Below are positions 7,734 through 16,220 of a stretch of DNA of 31,494 nucleotides, one piece after another (position 1 is the first letter of the stretch; each line of letters opens with the position of its first letter). The position numbers were made by a program, and so were the translations under genes. The notes below the pieces were generated by a model. That model ran no database searches, was not told where the DNA came from, and saw only the letters and a list, made by a program, of their open reading frames with translations. Source of the DNA: a virus (Duplodnaviria > Caudoviricetes); the IMG/VR virus record IMGVR_UViG_3300022917_000022, positions 1 through 31,494 of that record; one strand, given 5' to 3'.

Positions 7734-7927
7734 GCATGGACGACGACATCAAGGCGATGCGCCTGGAGGCGGAATGGCTCGCATCCGGTGACGCCGAGCA
7801 CAGAGACCCCGTGTGGCTTGCGCTAAGGCTGAAGGAGACGGCGCCGCTGATCGCCCGCCTTTTGGACCGCCTGGAGGAACTGGAGGAGCGGTGTGATCCG
7901 TCGCGCCAAGATCCGAAGTGGTACTAG
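7730..7927 (+). CDS. Hypothetical protein
   Basis: ATGA-coupled to the upstream gene. Confidence 0.65.
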   Translation: MSMDDDIKAMRLEAEWLASGDAEHRDPVWLALRLKETAPLIARLLDRLEELEERCDPSRQDPKWY

Positions 7928-7930
7928 CCG

Positions 7931-8134
7931 ATGCCCGAGCACTTCCCCACCCCGTGCTGGCAGTGCCACTTCTTCGACGGGTGGACTGCCGGCGGGACTC
8001 ATAGCGTCTGCTCGGAGCCGAGGTCATGCAGGGTAACCGCCGACCCTCCTAGGGGATGCGTGTTCTTCGTCAGAGAGCCGTTTACTGACGATGCGATGCC
8101 GGTGGAGTACACGGGGTGGGCTCGTCAGAAGTGA
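7931..8134 (+). CDS. Small Cys-rich (putative metal-binding) protein
   Basis: CWQC...C...C...GCVFFVREP; starts 3 nt after the upstream stop. Confidence 0.7.
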   Translation: MPEHFPTPCWQCHFFDGWTAGGTHSVCSEPRSCRVTADPPRGCVFFVREPFTDDAMPVEYTGWARQK

Positions 8135-8203
8135 AGCGGAGTCGGGCAAGCCGAGTGGTGACCTGCACCACTTGCACCCAGCCTTCCCAGGCCCAGCGAT
8201 CCC

Positions 8204-8458
8204 ATGAGGTCCAACTTCGGTTTCCAGGGCGACCTTAACGCGGCCCACTCGACTGTCACCTACCTGCCCTGTTCCTGCGGTCGCGTTGGCTACGTCCGCG
8301 CGCTGGCTTGCGAAAGCGCTCGTCTCTTCTGCGGTGGGGGCCGACTACCGCCCGCTAGCTGTTGCGCCACGTCAGTCGCCGCTCTGGCTGACCGGAAAAG
8401 GCGAAAGCCCGCAGACTTCAACCCGTCCGAGCCGGCAAGCTATGGCACCGTGTGGTGA
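8204..8458 (+). CDS. Possible hypothetical protein
   Basis: ORF only; no recognisable motif. Confidence 0.3.
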   Translation: MRSNFGFQGDLNAAHSTVTYLPCSCGRVGYVRALACESARLFCGGGRLPPASCCATSVAALADRKRRKPADFNPSEPASYGTVW

Positions 8459-8531
8459 CCTTCGGACGAGAAGAAGGCGTGCGAGCCTTCTGGGAGAGAC
8501 GATACCAAAGCTTGCCGGCTAATGGTGCCTA

Positions 8532-8717
8532 TCAGTTTAAACCCGAGGCTGTATGTACGTCCAGCGCTTTTGGTGATATTCGCGCGCGCGCATCAAACCG
8601 CCTCAGTTCCCGCCTCCACGACTCAGCAAGCGCCGGCCAGCCGATGAACTCGGCCTGTGCGATGTGATCGAGGATGCGCCTGCGGGTCCTGTTCTCGCGC
8701 TTCTTCACCGGGGCCAT
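8532..8717 (-). CDS. Possible hypothetical protein (MAPVKKRENR...)
   Basis: ORF only, at the distal end of the - strand gene block. Confidence 0.35.
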   Translation of the reverse strand: MAPVKKRENRTRRRILDHIAQAEFIGWPALAESWRRELRRFDARARISPKALDVHTASGLN

Positions 8718-8840
8718 TTCGTCGCCTCGTGCATCAGCGCTCTCCCGTACTCGGCCTCCCGCGCGATCCTCTCCGGCGTCGTATCGATCAGGTAGCGCGG
8801 GTCCCACCCGTTCCCGGGCCTGCGCTCGCGCGGAGCCGGA

Positions 8841-9254
8841 TCAGGCGGCTTGCGGCGGAACTTGGGCGGCGGGCGTGGCATTGGGATAGCGCCGACGAAG
8901 TTCGAGCACGGCAGCGGCCGACCAGTTGGCGAACTCGCCGATGCCCTTGGTTTGGCGCATGACGCCGTATGGATCGTTGCCGATCTGGGCGAGCATCGCC
9001 TCCCAGAACAGTTCGTGGTCGGGCTTGTCCAGCAGAGACTGGCCCATCGTGATGTGCTCGCGGGTCGCGGCGGCTCCATCAAGGACCGCGGCGGTCGCCG
9101 ATGCGTTGGCGGCGAGTTCGGCTTCTGTCGAAGCGCGGCGCAGGCGCAGGCTCTCGTACGCGAGATGCGTCTCGTAGGGCGCATTTGCGGGTGGTGGGGC
9201 CGGCAGCGGCGGTAGCGTCGGCGCTGGCGTTGGGGCTTGGGTGGGGTCGGCCAT
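8841..9254 (-). CDS. Hypothetical protein with Pro-rich N-terminus
   Basis: Tightly packed in the - strand operon; MADPTQAPTPAPTLPPLPAPPP. Confidence 0.7.
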   Translation of the reverse strand: MADPTQAPTPAPTLPPLPAPPPANAPYETHLAYESLRLRRASTEAELAANASATAAVLDGAAATREHITMGQSLLDKPDHELFWEAMLAQIGNDPYGVMRQTKGIGEFANWSAAAVLELRRRYPNATPAAQVPPQAA

Positions 9255-9263
9255 GTGGGTCTT

Positions 9264-9440
9264 TCAGGGCTGCATCGGCGCCAGCGGTACCAGCACGCCG
9301 TGGTTCTTGGCTGCAAAGTCGCGGGCCGACCCTTCGTCTCCGAGCTTGGCGATGAAGCCATCACGGAGCACGACGAACCATGCCCAGGGCCCCGGCTTCG
9401 CGAGCGCGGCGGCTTGTTCGGGGGTGAGTTCTGCTTTCAT
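9264..9440 (-). CDS. Hypothetical protein (58 aa, MKAELTPEQ...)
   Basis: ATGA overlap with the upstream gene; GAGG RBS. Confidence 0.65.
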   Translation of the reverse strand: MKAELTPEQAAALAKPGPWAWFVVLRDGFIAKLGDEGSARDFAAKNHGVLVPLAPMQP

Positions 9441-9655
9441 CGGCGCCTCATCACTTCGGCTTGCAGCTTGGTGACAAGGCCCTCGGTGTGGTGGCGCCAC
9501 TCCCGCAGCCCTTTCACTTCGGCCTGCAGCGTTCGCAGTTGCTCGGCCATCACGGCAAGCTCCGCACGCACGCCAGCCTTTGCGGCGAGGTATGACCCCC
9601 ACACAGCACCGACTGCGGTGATAGCGGCAACGCCGAGTTGGACGAACGGGTCCAC
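9437..9655 (-). CDS. Holin/antiholin-like small membrane protein (N-terminal TM plus coiled coil)
   Basis: GTG start; MDPFVQLGVAAITAVGAVWGSYL TM followed by a heptad segment and a basic tail. Confidence 0.6.
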   Translation of the reverse strand: MDPFVQLGVAAITAVGAVWGSYLAAKAGVRAELAVMAEQLRTLQAEVKGLREWRHHTEGLVTKLQAEVMRRR

Positions 9656-9656
9656 T

Positions 9657-9908
9657 TCACGGCTTCCCGCCGAGCATCGTGTGGAGCTTCTCGAACACGC
9701 CCAGCTTGACGGAAGCAATCGCCACGGCGGTCAGAAGCACCCACCAGAACACGCGCAGCACGGCTCGGCCCACCATCTTCTGGACGTGAGACGACCACGT
9801 ATCCAGGACGCGGCCTACCTGCTCCGGGTCTTGCGCTCGCTCTACGAGTTGCTCGGTGACGATCTTGGCAATCTGAGTGGCCATCGCCAGTTCCTTGTCG
9901 TTCATCAC
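9657..9908 (-). CDS. Holin-like small membrane protein (C-terminal TM)
   Basis: GAGGGAG RBS; AVLRVFWWVLLTAVAIASV TM. Confidence 0.6.
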   Translation of the reverse strand: MMNDKELAMATQIAKIVTEQLVERAQDPEQVGRVLDTWSSHVQKMVGRAVLRVFWWVLLTAVAIASVKLGVFEKLHTMLGGKP

Positions 9909-9912
9909 TCCC

Positions 9913-10278
9913 TCACCTTCGGGCGTACTCCTGGGCGAGCGCGGCCACGAACAACGCAGCGAACACGCTCACCCAGCTCATGGGGATGCCGAGAGCGACA
10001 TCACACAAGTTGGCGCCCTCCGGCAGAGATGGCTTGCGGTCCATGGGGAACGCCAGCCGGCAGATCGGGCGTTGGAACGCCTCGAATGCGCCCCACGTCG
10101 CGATGCAGCGAACGACAAGGCTTGTTGATGCAGCGCCAACGTAGACCCAAAGGGCCCACGCTTCGACGCCGGAGAAAACGAACTCCCAGGCCGCCCTGGT
10201 GCCCCACAGAAGCGCCAAGGCTTCAGGGGCGAAGTACGCGGCAATCGCCACGCTCAGCAGGGCGGCCTCTGGGGTCAC
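9913..10278 (-). CDS. Multi-pass membrane protein (about 3-4 TM)
   Basis: GTGA overlap with the upstream peptide gene; several hydrophobic helices; Cys pair in a loop. Confidence 0.75.
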   Translation of the reverse strand: MTPEAALLSVAIAAYFAPEALALLWGTRAAWEFVFSGVEAWALWVYVGAASTSLVVRCIATWGAFEAFQRPICRLAFPMDRKPSLPEGANLCDVALGIPMSWVSVFAALFVAALAQEYARR

Positions 10279-10454
10279 TCTTCCCCCGACCCGCCGCCGC
10301 GTTGAACGTCCATCAGCAGCACGGTGCTGCCGCTGACGCTCTGACCCGGAAGGAGCGTCATCTCATTGCCGTCCACGACGACCGAGACGGCGAAAGGGCA
10401 GTTGTTGGTGAAGGTCGGATGAATACCGACGGCCTTGAGGATCTTTGCAAGCAT
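10275..10454 (-). CDS. Small peptide/protein (59 aa, MLAKILKAVGI...RGGGSGEE)
   Basis: ATG 2 nt after the tailspike stop; coupled to the membrane gene. Confidence 0.65.
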   Translation of the reverse strand: MLAKILKAVGIHPTFTNNCPFAVSVVVDGNEMTLLPGQSVSGSTVLLMDVQRGGGSGEE

Positions 10455-10456
10455 GG

Positions 10457-11842
10457 CTACCACCCCGAGTTGGCGACGTTGCTCACCAGCAGCGTCACGT
10501 TGTACGGCTCAGTCCCGGCCCCGCCGGTGAGGTTGATGTTCGCGGCGTCCACCGTCACGGACAGCGGAGACCACTGGTTGCTGCCAGTCTTGAAGCTGGC
10601 GAACGCTCCGAGGATCAGCTTGTAATAGGTGCCGCCCTTGCCGTGCGCGACGGTCGCAGCCCCACCCACCAGGTTGCCCGCGAAGTCGTTGTTGAAGAAC
10701 GCGCGGTTGTTCTGGATGCTGAGCGGCCAGGCCGTCGTGGTGACGACGAGCGGCTGGGCGGTGAAATTGAAGGGCTGGTCTACCCCATCGAAGACCGGCG
10801 AGCGCATGGTGAACGCCGTCGATGGAACCGTGAAGTTGATCCCGTAGCCGGGAGCCGGGATCGAGTTGAATCGCGCCGAGTCGATCGCGATGCTGACCAG
10901 CGGATCGTCAACCCGCAGGCCATCGCCGCCGACGTTGTACACGTAGGCGTCGAAGCTGATCTTTGCCCCCGGCGCGTTCTTGATCCACACCCCGTGCGAA
11001 GCGCTCGAACAGATCCAGACCTTCGCGGGAAAGTTGATCCACATCTGCGACGGATCAGGGTTGTCGATCACGCAGTTGCACCGCGTGGCGGCATCCAGGA
11101 ACACGGTCGGCGAGAAGAACACTTCGCGGTTCGTCTCGTCTACCAGCGTCTGGTCGATCACCACGTTGTCGCCGTTCGCTGCGATGTCCCCGCTGCCGAA
11201 GGCGATGCCACCGAAGGCACCGCCCACCCGCAGGCCAACATCGCACAGCGTGATCTTGTACTGGTCCATGTAGAGGCCAGCCTTGGGGAGCGCCCCAACC
11301 AGGCCGTTCACCTGAACGCCATCCTTCTGCGCCCTGGCCGTGTAGTTCGTGAAGTAGGTGTTGTCCACCCCGTTGAACCGGATCCCGTGCCAGAGGCGCC
11401 CCAAGCCGTCCTGCCCATCCGGGATCACGTCGATGACTTCGGAGCGGCACAGGCGCATCAAGTGAATGCCGATGCCACCCGTCATGACCGTGGTGCTCGT
11501 GACCCGGAAGCCCTGGAGCTGCACCTTGATGCTGTTGGCCGAGAGGGAGCCGATCGACAGGATGTCGTTCGTCGTGTTCGCGCCCGAGTAGACGAACTGC
11601 ACGGACTCGGAGTTGTCGCCGACCATGCCCCAGTTGCTCGCGGCTGCGATGGCCACCGCAGAGCTGAGCTTGTACGTGCCGTTGGGGATGTAGCCGATCT
11701 TGCTCTTGGACTGGAGGTAGGTTGCGAACGCCAGCAGGGCCGCGGAGCAGTCGTCGGCTCCCGTGGGGTCGGCCTCGAAGTCCGCAACGAAGTCGATCCG
11801 CTGGTTGAGCTTCGTGGCGTTCTTGAATGCTTTGCTGCTCAT
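10457..11842 (-). CDS. Second tailspike/depolymerase (beta-helix, pectate-lyase-3-like) without head-binding domain
   Basis: DFEADPTGADDCSAAL...YIPNGTY beta-helix cap directly after a very short N-terminus. Confidence 0.85.
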   Translation of the reverse strand: MSSKAFKNATKLNQRIDFVADFEADPTGADDCSAALLAFATYLQSKSKIGYIPNGTYKLSSAVAIAAASNWGMVGDNSESVQFVYSGANTTNDILSIGSLSANSIKVQLQGFRVTSTTVMTGGIGIHLMRLCRSEVIDVIPDGQDGLGRLWHGIRFNGVDNTYFTNYTARAQKDGVQVNGLVGALPKAGLYMDQYKITLCDVGLRVGGAFGGIAFGSGDIAANGDNVVIDQTLVDETNREVFFSPTVFLDAATRCNCVIDNPDPSQMWINFPAKVWICSSASHGVWIKNAPGAKISFDAYVYNVGGDGLRVDDPLVSIAIDSARFNSIPAPGYGINFTVPSTAFTMRSPVFDGVDQPFNFTAQPLVVTTTAWPLSIQNNRAFFNNDFAGNLVGGAATVAHGKGGTYYKLILGAFASFKTGSNQWSPLSVTVDAANINLTGGAGTEPYNVTLLVSNVANSGW

Positions 11843-11845
11843 GGC

Positions 11846-14206
11846 TCAGAGGGGTGTGAGGACCAGGGCGAGCACGCCGCAGTCGTTGGCCAGGGTGTCG
11901 GCACCGTCTCCACCTATGCGCGAGATGCGCAAAAACATCGTCGTGTTGGCGGCGATGGGGAGGTCTGCAGCGAGGGTCGTTTCCTTCACCACGTCTTGAG
12001 CGGGAGCGGCCACAGTGAAGTTGCCGGCGCCGGAGTCCGCGGCGTTGATGTTTGTGGTGTCGGCCGCGTTGAGGTAGCCGATCGCGAACACGACGTTGCC
12101 GGAGCCAGCCCCGGCGTTCGTCCACACCAGCTTTACCCGGACGCGGGTTGCCGCGGTCGCGTTGAAATAGGCCTGGCACCCCAGGATCTCGGTGCCGGCA
12201 GCATCGAGCAGCCAAGCCTGACGGCGCCCACCGCCGACCGTGCCAAGGGTTGGGGACCCCGACACCGCGGTCATGGCCGCGGCGGGCAACGCGAGGGGCA
12301 GCAGGTTCAGCGCCTCGCCCGTCGAGGCAACGGTGATGGCCTGGGTCGTCGAGAAGTTCTGCAGCACCGCCCGGCTTTCGTACTTCCCGGCAAAGCTGGA
12401 CATCAGGAGGCCCGTGCCGAGGTTCCCGCTGGCGCCGGGCGAGCCGTTCACGGCCGTGCCGTAGTCGCGCCCACTCATGTGCGCGCCCAGCAGCAGGCTC
12501 GATGCAGCGGTGGCTGCGCCGATCTTGACTCCGCCGCCATCGGCTGCCGTGGGTGCGTTCTGCGCCACGTTGCGCACCGTGCCGTCGATGCTCAGCACGC
12601 CAAACCACGTCGTCGCGTTGACGAACCAGCGGCCGATGTTCGAGACCGCGCCCGGCTTGATCGTGAGGCCGGCGGCTGTGGCCTGGTTCAGGACCACCGC
12701 ATCGCTGCGGGCGTTGGACATCGCGCCGCCAACCCACACGATATCGGCCAGCGACGGAGTTGCAGCGCAGCCGTCCAGGGCGAACAGAACGTCGGCGGTG
12801 GCGATCGACCCGACACCGCCAAGGTTGCCGTCAGCAAAGCACCCCGTGAAGATGACGGACGCGATCTTGTCGCTGGCACGAGAGGTGCGGAGCTGCACCA
12901 GGCGGTCGGCCTGCTGGAAGAGGCAGCCGGTGAAGAACACCGTATCGCAACCATCGATCAGCAGCGCGAATTCGGCCATCGGGTCGCGGCTGCCGTCCGT
13001 GGCGATCTGGCCGGCGATGCTGGTGCTGGTGAACGAGAAGGCCGCGGTCGTCTTTGCGCCCGCGTCGTAGTTCTTCACCACCACCGCGCGCGATCCGCTC
13101 TTGCGCTTGGCCGCGAAGTTCAGACCGGTGTAAATCTGCGACGCCGACACGCCGCCGTTCGTGCAGCCGTTGACCTCCAGGCAAACCAGGTGGTTCGCAA
13201 TGCGCGCGTCGTGCGTTCGCCAGCCGTCAACCCGGACCACCTCCACGCCGATCCCTGCGTTATGGTCCAGGCCGTTCGTCACATCGACGGTCATGCCCTC
13301 GATGCCGCCGCCGTACAGCAGCGTGGTGGCGGGGTCTGACGAAGCCCACCTCAGCGAACCGGTCGTCGCCGACTCGTTGACGATCTGCGTCGCCAACATG
13401 CCCTCGCCCACCAGGTAGACATGCGAGTAAGCGATGTTGATGCGGCCCGCCAGGCGGTAGTAGCCGCGCGGGAAGAAGATCTCGATCGGGCCGGAAGACG
13501 TGGCGCCCAGTTCGTCGATCAGGTCCTGAAGAGCGTCCGTGACGATGACGCCATAGGAGCCGATCACGCCTTTGTCGAGAACGCTCACGCGCTGGCGCAG
13601 CTTGTCGCGCACGTTCGTCGCAACAGAGTCCGCCCCTGCCGGGGTGTACGGGATCAGTGACGCATCGCTGAGGGTGGATCGGTTGAACCCAACTCCTGCG
13701 GTGGCGGTGATCTCGTCGCCTTCCTCCAGGTCGTACCGGAAGGTGATGCCAGTTCCGTCCGCGTCCTCGGTGTAGTCGATGTCGCGGCGCATCCCGAGGC
13801 CGTTGCGCTCGATGCGAACCGAACGAATGCCTGCGGTGAATCCGATCTCGGAGAAGGCGATGGAGCGCTGCCCCGCTACAGCGACTTTCGTTTCCTCGTC
13901 GAACTGGTTGACGGAGGAGCCGTTGGCGCTTGCCTCGTAGCTGACCTGAACGCCGGTCCGGTCCTTGATGAGCTGGGAGTAGACGCCGGGGACATACACC
14001 TTCGCGGGCGTCCCCGACCGGGCGATGTACCCGTTGATGGTCTTCAGCGGCTGGGCGGCCGGCTGCGATCCGGTCACGTCCCAGTAGACCGGCAGGGGGC
14101 TGGTGATCGGGTTCTGGTTCTCAACGCCGATGTAGACCGAGCCTCCCTCCAGGGGGCGGCCGTCTCGACCAAGGAACAGCGGGAATGGGGTGTCGATTGC
14201 GAGCAT
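11846..14206 (-). CDS. Primary tailspike with P22-like head-binding N-terminus, beta-helix body and C-terminal beta-sandwich
   Basis: PFPLFLGRDGRPLEGGSVYIG N-terminus; YTPAGADSVATNVRDKLRQRVSV neck; IFFPRGYY beta-helix start. Confidence 0.88.
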   Translation of the reverse strand: MLAIDTPFPLFLGRDGRPLEGGSVYIGVENQNPITSPLPVYWDVTGSQPAAQPLKTINGYIARSGTPAKVYVPGVYSQLIKDRTGVQVSYEASANGSSVNQFDEETKVAVAGQRSIAFSEIGFTAGIRSVRIERNGLGMRRDIDYTEDADGTGITFRYDLEEGDEITATAGVGFNRSTLSDASLIPYTPAGADSVATNVRDKLRQRVSVLDKGVIGSYGVIVTDALQDLIDELGATSSGPIEIFFPRGYYRLAGRINIAYSHVYLVGEGMLATQIVNESATTGSLRWASSDPATTLLYGGGIEGMTVDVTNGLDHNAGIGVEVVRVDGWRTHDARIANHLVCLEVNGCTNGGVSASQIYTGLNFAAKRKSGSRAVVVKNYDAGAKTTAAFSFTSTSIAGQIATDGSRDPMAEFALLIDGCDTVFFTGCLFQQADRLVQLRTSRASDKIASVIFTGCFADGNLGGVGSIATADVLFALDGCAATPSLADIVWVGGAMSNARSDAVVLNQATAAGLTIKPGAVSNIGRWFVNATTWFGVLSIDGTVRNVAQNAPTAADGGGVKIGAATAASSLLLGAHMSGRDYGTAVNGSPGASGNLGTGLLMSSFAGKYESRAVLQNFSTTQAITVASTGEALNLLPLALPAAAMTAVSGSPTLGTVGGGRRQAWLLDAAGTEILGCQAYFNATAATRVRVKLVWTNAGAGSGNVVFAIGYLNAADTTNINAADSGAGNFTVAAPAQDVVKETTLAADLPIAANTTMFLRISRIGGDGADTLANDCGVLALVLTPL

Positions 14207-14213
14207 CGCAGCC

Positions 14214-16220
14214 TCAGTGAATCGTGCGGTCCGGCTCGGTCTTGGGGACCGGCTTGGTTCGACCGGGGGCTTGCTTCTCGGGGCCGTTCAGGGCGTCCTC
14301 GATGCGCTTGCGCAGGTTGCGGTCCTTGATGGAGCGCGCAGCCAACCGAGTAGCCGTGGTGATCGGCGCAGGCGTACCTGTCAGCCCGGAGAAGGTGATG
14401 TCCGCAAACGCTGTCAGCAGCGTGGCCGCGGTGTTGCTGGTGTTGGCGCCGGCCTCTGGGGGGACGGTCTTCACGTACTGGGCGAGGTCGCGAAGGTCGC
14501 GCATCTGCTGGGCGCCCTTCTTGCCGAAGATGAAGTCAAGCCGGCCGTCCACATCGAGCGCGCGGATGGCCTTGTCCATCGCCGCAGCAGAGGCGACGCG
14601 GTTGCCGGCCGCGTCAGTGGCGACGTTGCCGAAGGTCTGGTCACGAATCCAGGTGGCCGTTTGACCCTGAAGCTCGCGCCATGCTTGCTCGCCCTCGGGA
14701 CCGGATCGATGCAGCACACGACGAACGTTGCGCACGTCGTCAAGCGAGCCCTTCAGAATCGAGTGGTCGAAGACATCCTCGAACGCCACTTGCCGATCCG
14801 CCGAGCCGCGCTTGTTGTTGACCAGCTTGGCGATAACCGCGCGGTCCTCGTAGTTCTGGGCGAACCGCTGGCGGGTGGCCCGCGCCGATCTGTAGAGGTC
14901 GCCGCCCTTCCCCGCAGTGGCCTCGTCCACCAAGCCGCGGAGGATGGTGGACTGCCGCACGTTCGTCGGCTCGAAGTCAGTAGCGCGGCTGATGGCCTGG
15001 CGGAAGGTCTCCGCGATCTTGAGTGGCACGGCCTGCGGCACAAGCTGTCCGTCTTGCTCGACGGCGAGTCCCAGTTGAAGCGCGCGCCTGCGGGCCACGT
15101 CCAACAGGGGAGCCGTCGCGGTGTCTGGTGCGCTCTCGTTGAGGTGCTGCACGACGCTATCCAGCGTCAGCGGGGCTTCCATCTCGCCGGCCTGCTCGGC
15201 AGCCTTGTAGGCGGCGCGAATGGCCGCCTTGTCCGCCGCTGCCTGCTTCATGAGAGCCGAATCAACCGCCATACCTGCAGCGCGCAGCGTGGGAGCCTGG
15301 GCGCCGGTCTGATCGATCCAGGCGTCGAAGTTGTTCAGGATTCCCTGGTTCTGCTCCACGATGCGCTGACGCAGAGCGGTTCCCTGTTCGGGGAGCTTCG
15401 AGGTCTCGGTCTCGAACTTCAGCTGAGCCGGGTCGCGCGTGGCCTGGCCCTTGGTGAGGCGGATCGGGACAGGAAGTTCACTCGCGAGCGCCACGCGCTG
15501 CGTTGCCATGTCCGTCCCTGCCGCACCCACGCTGCCGTAGGTGCCTGGTGTCGGGGTCTCCGACTTGCGGACGGCCTCCATGGCGCGCCGGGGTAGCGTG
15601 GACACGCCTTCGGCCATCGTCTCGACGCGCTGCACTGCGCGGGCCACTGCGGCCCCAGCAACGTTGCGAGCCGGCGCGGAGAGTTCGCCGACCATGCCAA
15701 GCTGAGGCGCCAGACCAGCGAGCGGCAGGAGCGCCTGAGCTACCGGCGCGACGTTCTCTTCCACCATCCGCTGACCTTCAGCGGTGCGCGGTTCGTAGGT
15801 GAGCGCCCGAGCCCCGGAAGCGGCCGCCTGCTCCACAAGGTTCGCCGCCTGCGGGGTGCCGAAGTTGCCCGCAAGGATCTGCTCTGCCAGGCCCTTGAGA
15901 GTGCCGCCGATCATCCCGAGCGTGCCGCCAACGACACCGGTCCCGGTGGTCAGTGCCGCCTCGCCGGCGCCCACAGCTTTATCAATCAGGCCGGGTTCCG
16001 GCGTCGGCTGCGTCACCGGAAGATCGCCAGCCAGGATTTGCTTGCCGGTCGCATCCAGGCCAGTCGGGATCAAGTCCGCAGAACTCTGCGCGCGGCCCTT
16101 GATCTCGCCGCGGCGGATAGCCTCCACCTTGGCCTTCAACTCGATGGAATCTGGCGGGATGGCGTCGGGGATGTTCCGTACCGTGATCCCGTCCTTGGTG
16201 GTGATGCTGTACGTCATCAC
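14214..16220 (-). CDS. DNA ejection (injection) protein, gp16-like by position
   Basis: Large Ala/Gly-rich helical protein, third of three ejection genes before the tailspike. Confidence 0.75.
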   Translation of the reverse strand: MMTYSITTKDGITVRNIPDAIPPDSIELKAKVEAIRRGEIKGRAQSSADLIPTGLDATGKQILAGDLPVTQPTPEPGLIDKAVGAGEAALTTGTGVVGGTLGMIGGTLKGLAEQILAGNFGTPQAANLVEQAAASGARALTYEPRTAEGQRMVEENVAPVAQALLPLAGLAPQLGMVGELSAPARNVAGAAVARAVQRVETMAEGVSTLPRRAMEAVRKSETPTPGTYGSVGAAGTDMATQRVALASELPVPIRLTKGQATRDPAQLKFETETSKLPEQGTALRQRIVEQNQGILNNFDAWIDQTGAQAPTLRAAGMAVDSALMKQAAADKAAIRAAYKAAEQAGEMEAPLTLDSVVQHLNESAPDTATAPLLDVARRRALQLGLAVEQDGQLVPQAVPLKIAETFRQAISRATDFEPTNVRQSTILRGLVDEATAGKGGDLYRSARATRQRFAQNYEDRAVIAKLVNNKRGSADRQVAFEDVFDHSILKGSLDDVRNVRRVLHRSGPEGEQAWRELQGQTATWIRDQTFGNVATDAAGNRVASAAAMDKAIRALDVDGRLDFIFGKKGAQQMRDLRDLAQYVKTVPPEAGANTSNTAATLLTAFADITFSGLTGTPAPITTATRLAARSIKDRNLRKRIEDALNGPEKQAPGRTKPVPKTEPDRTIH

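Noticed and set aside
8705-8810. Protein-like frame DPRYLIDTTPERIAREAEYGRALMHEATKWPR that would need a 1-nt shift after GTG at 8807
   Set aside because: No in-frame start after the upstream stop and no homology evidence; cannot separate pseudogene, sequencing error or chance
10445-13339. 964-aa + strand ORF
   Set aside because: Antisense shadow of the two tailspike genes; Arg/His/Val-rich sequence typical of high-GC reverse frames, with no motifs
10457-14206. Diversity-generating retroelement target in the tail genes
   Set aside because: No reverse transcriptase and no TR/VR repeat pair seen in the window
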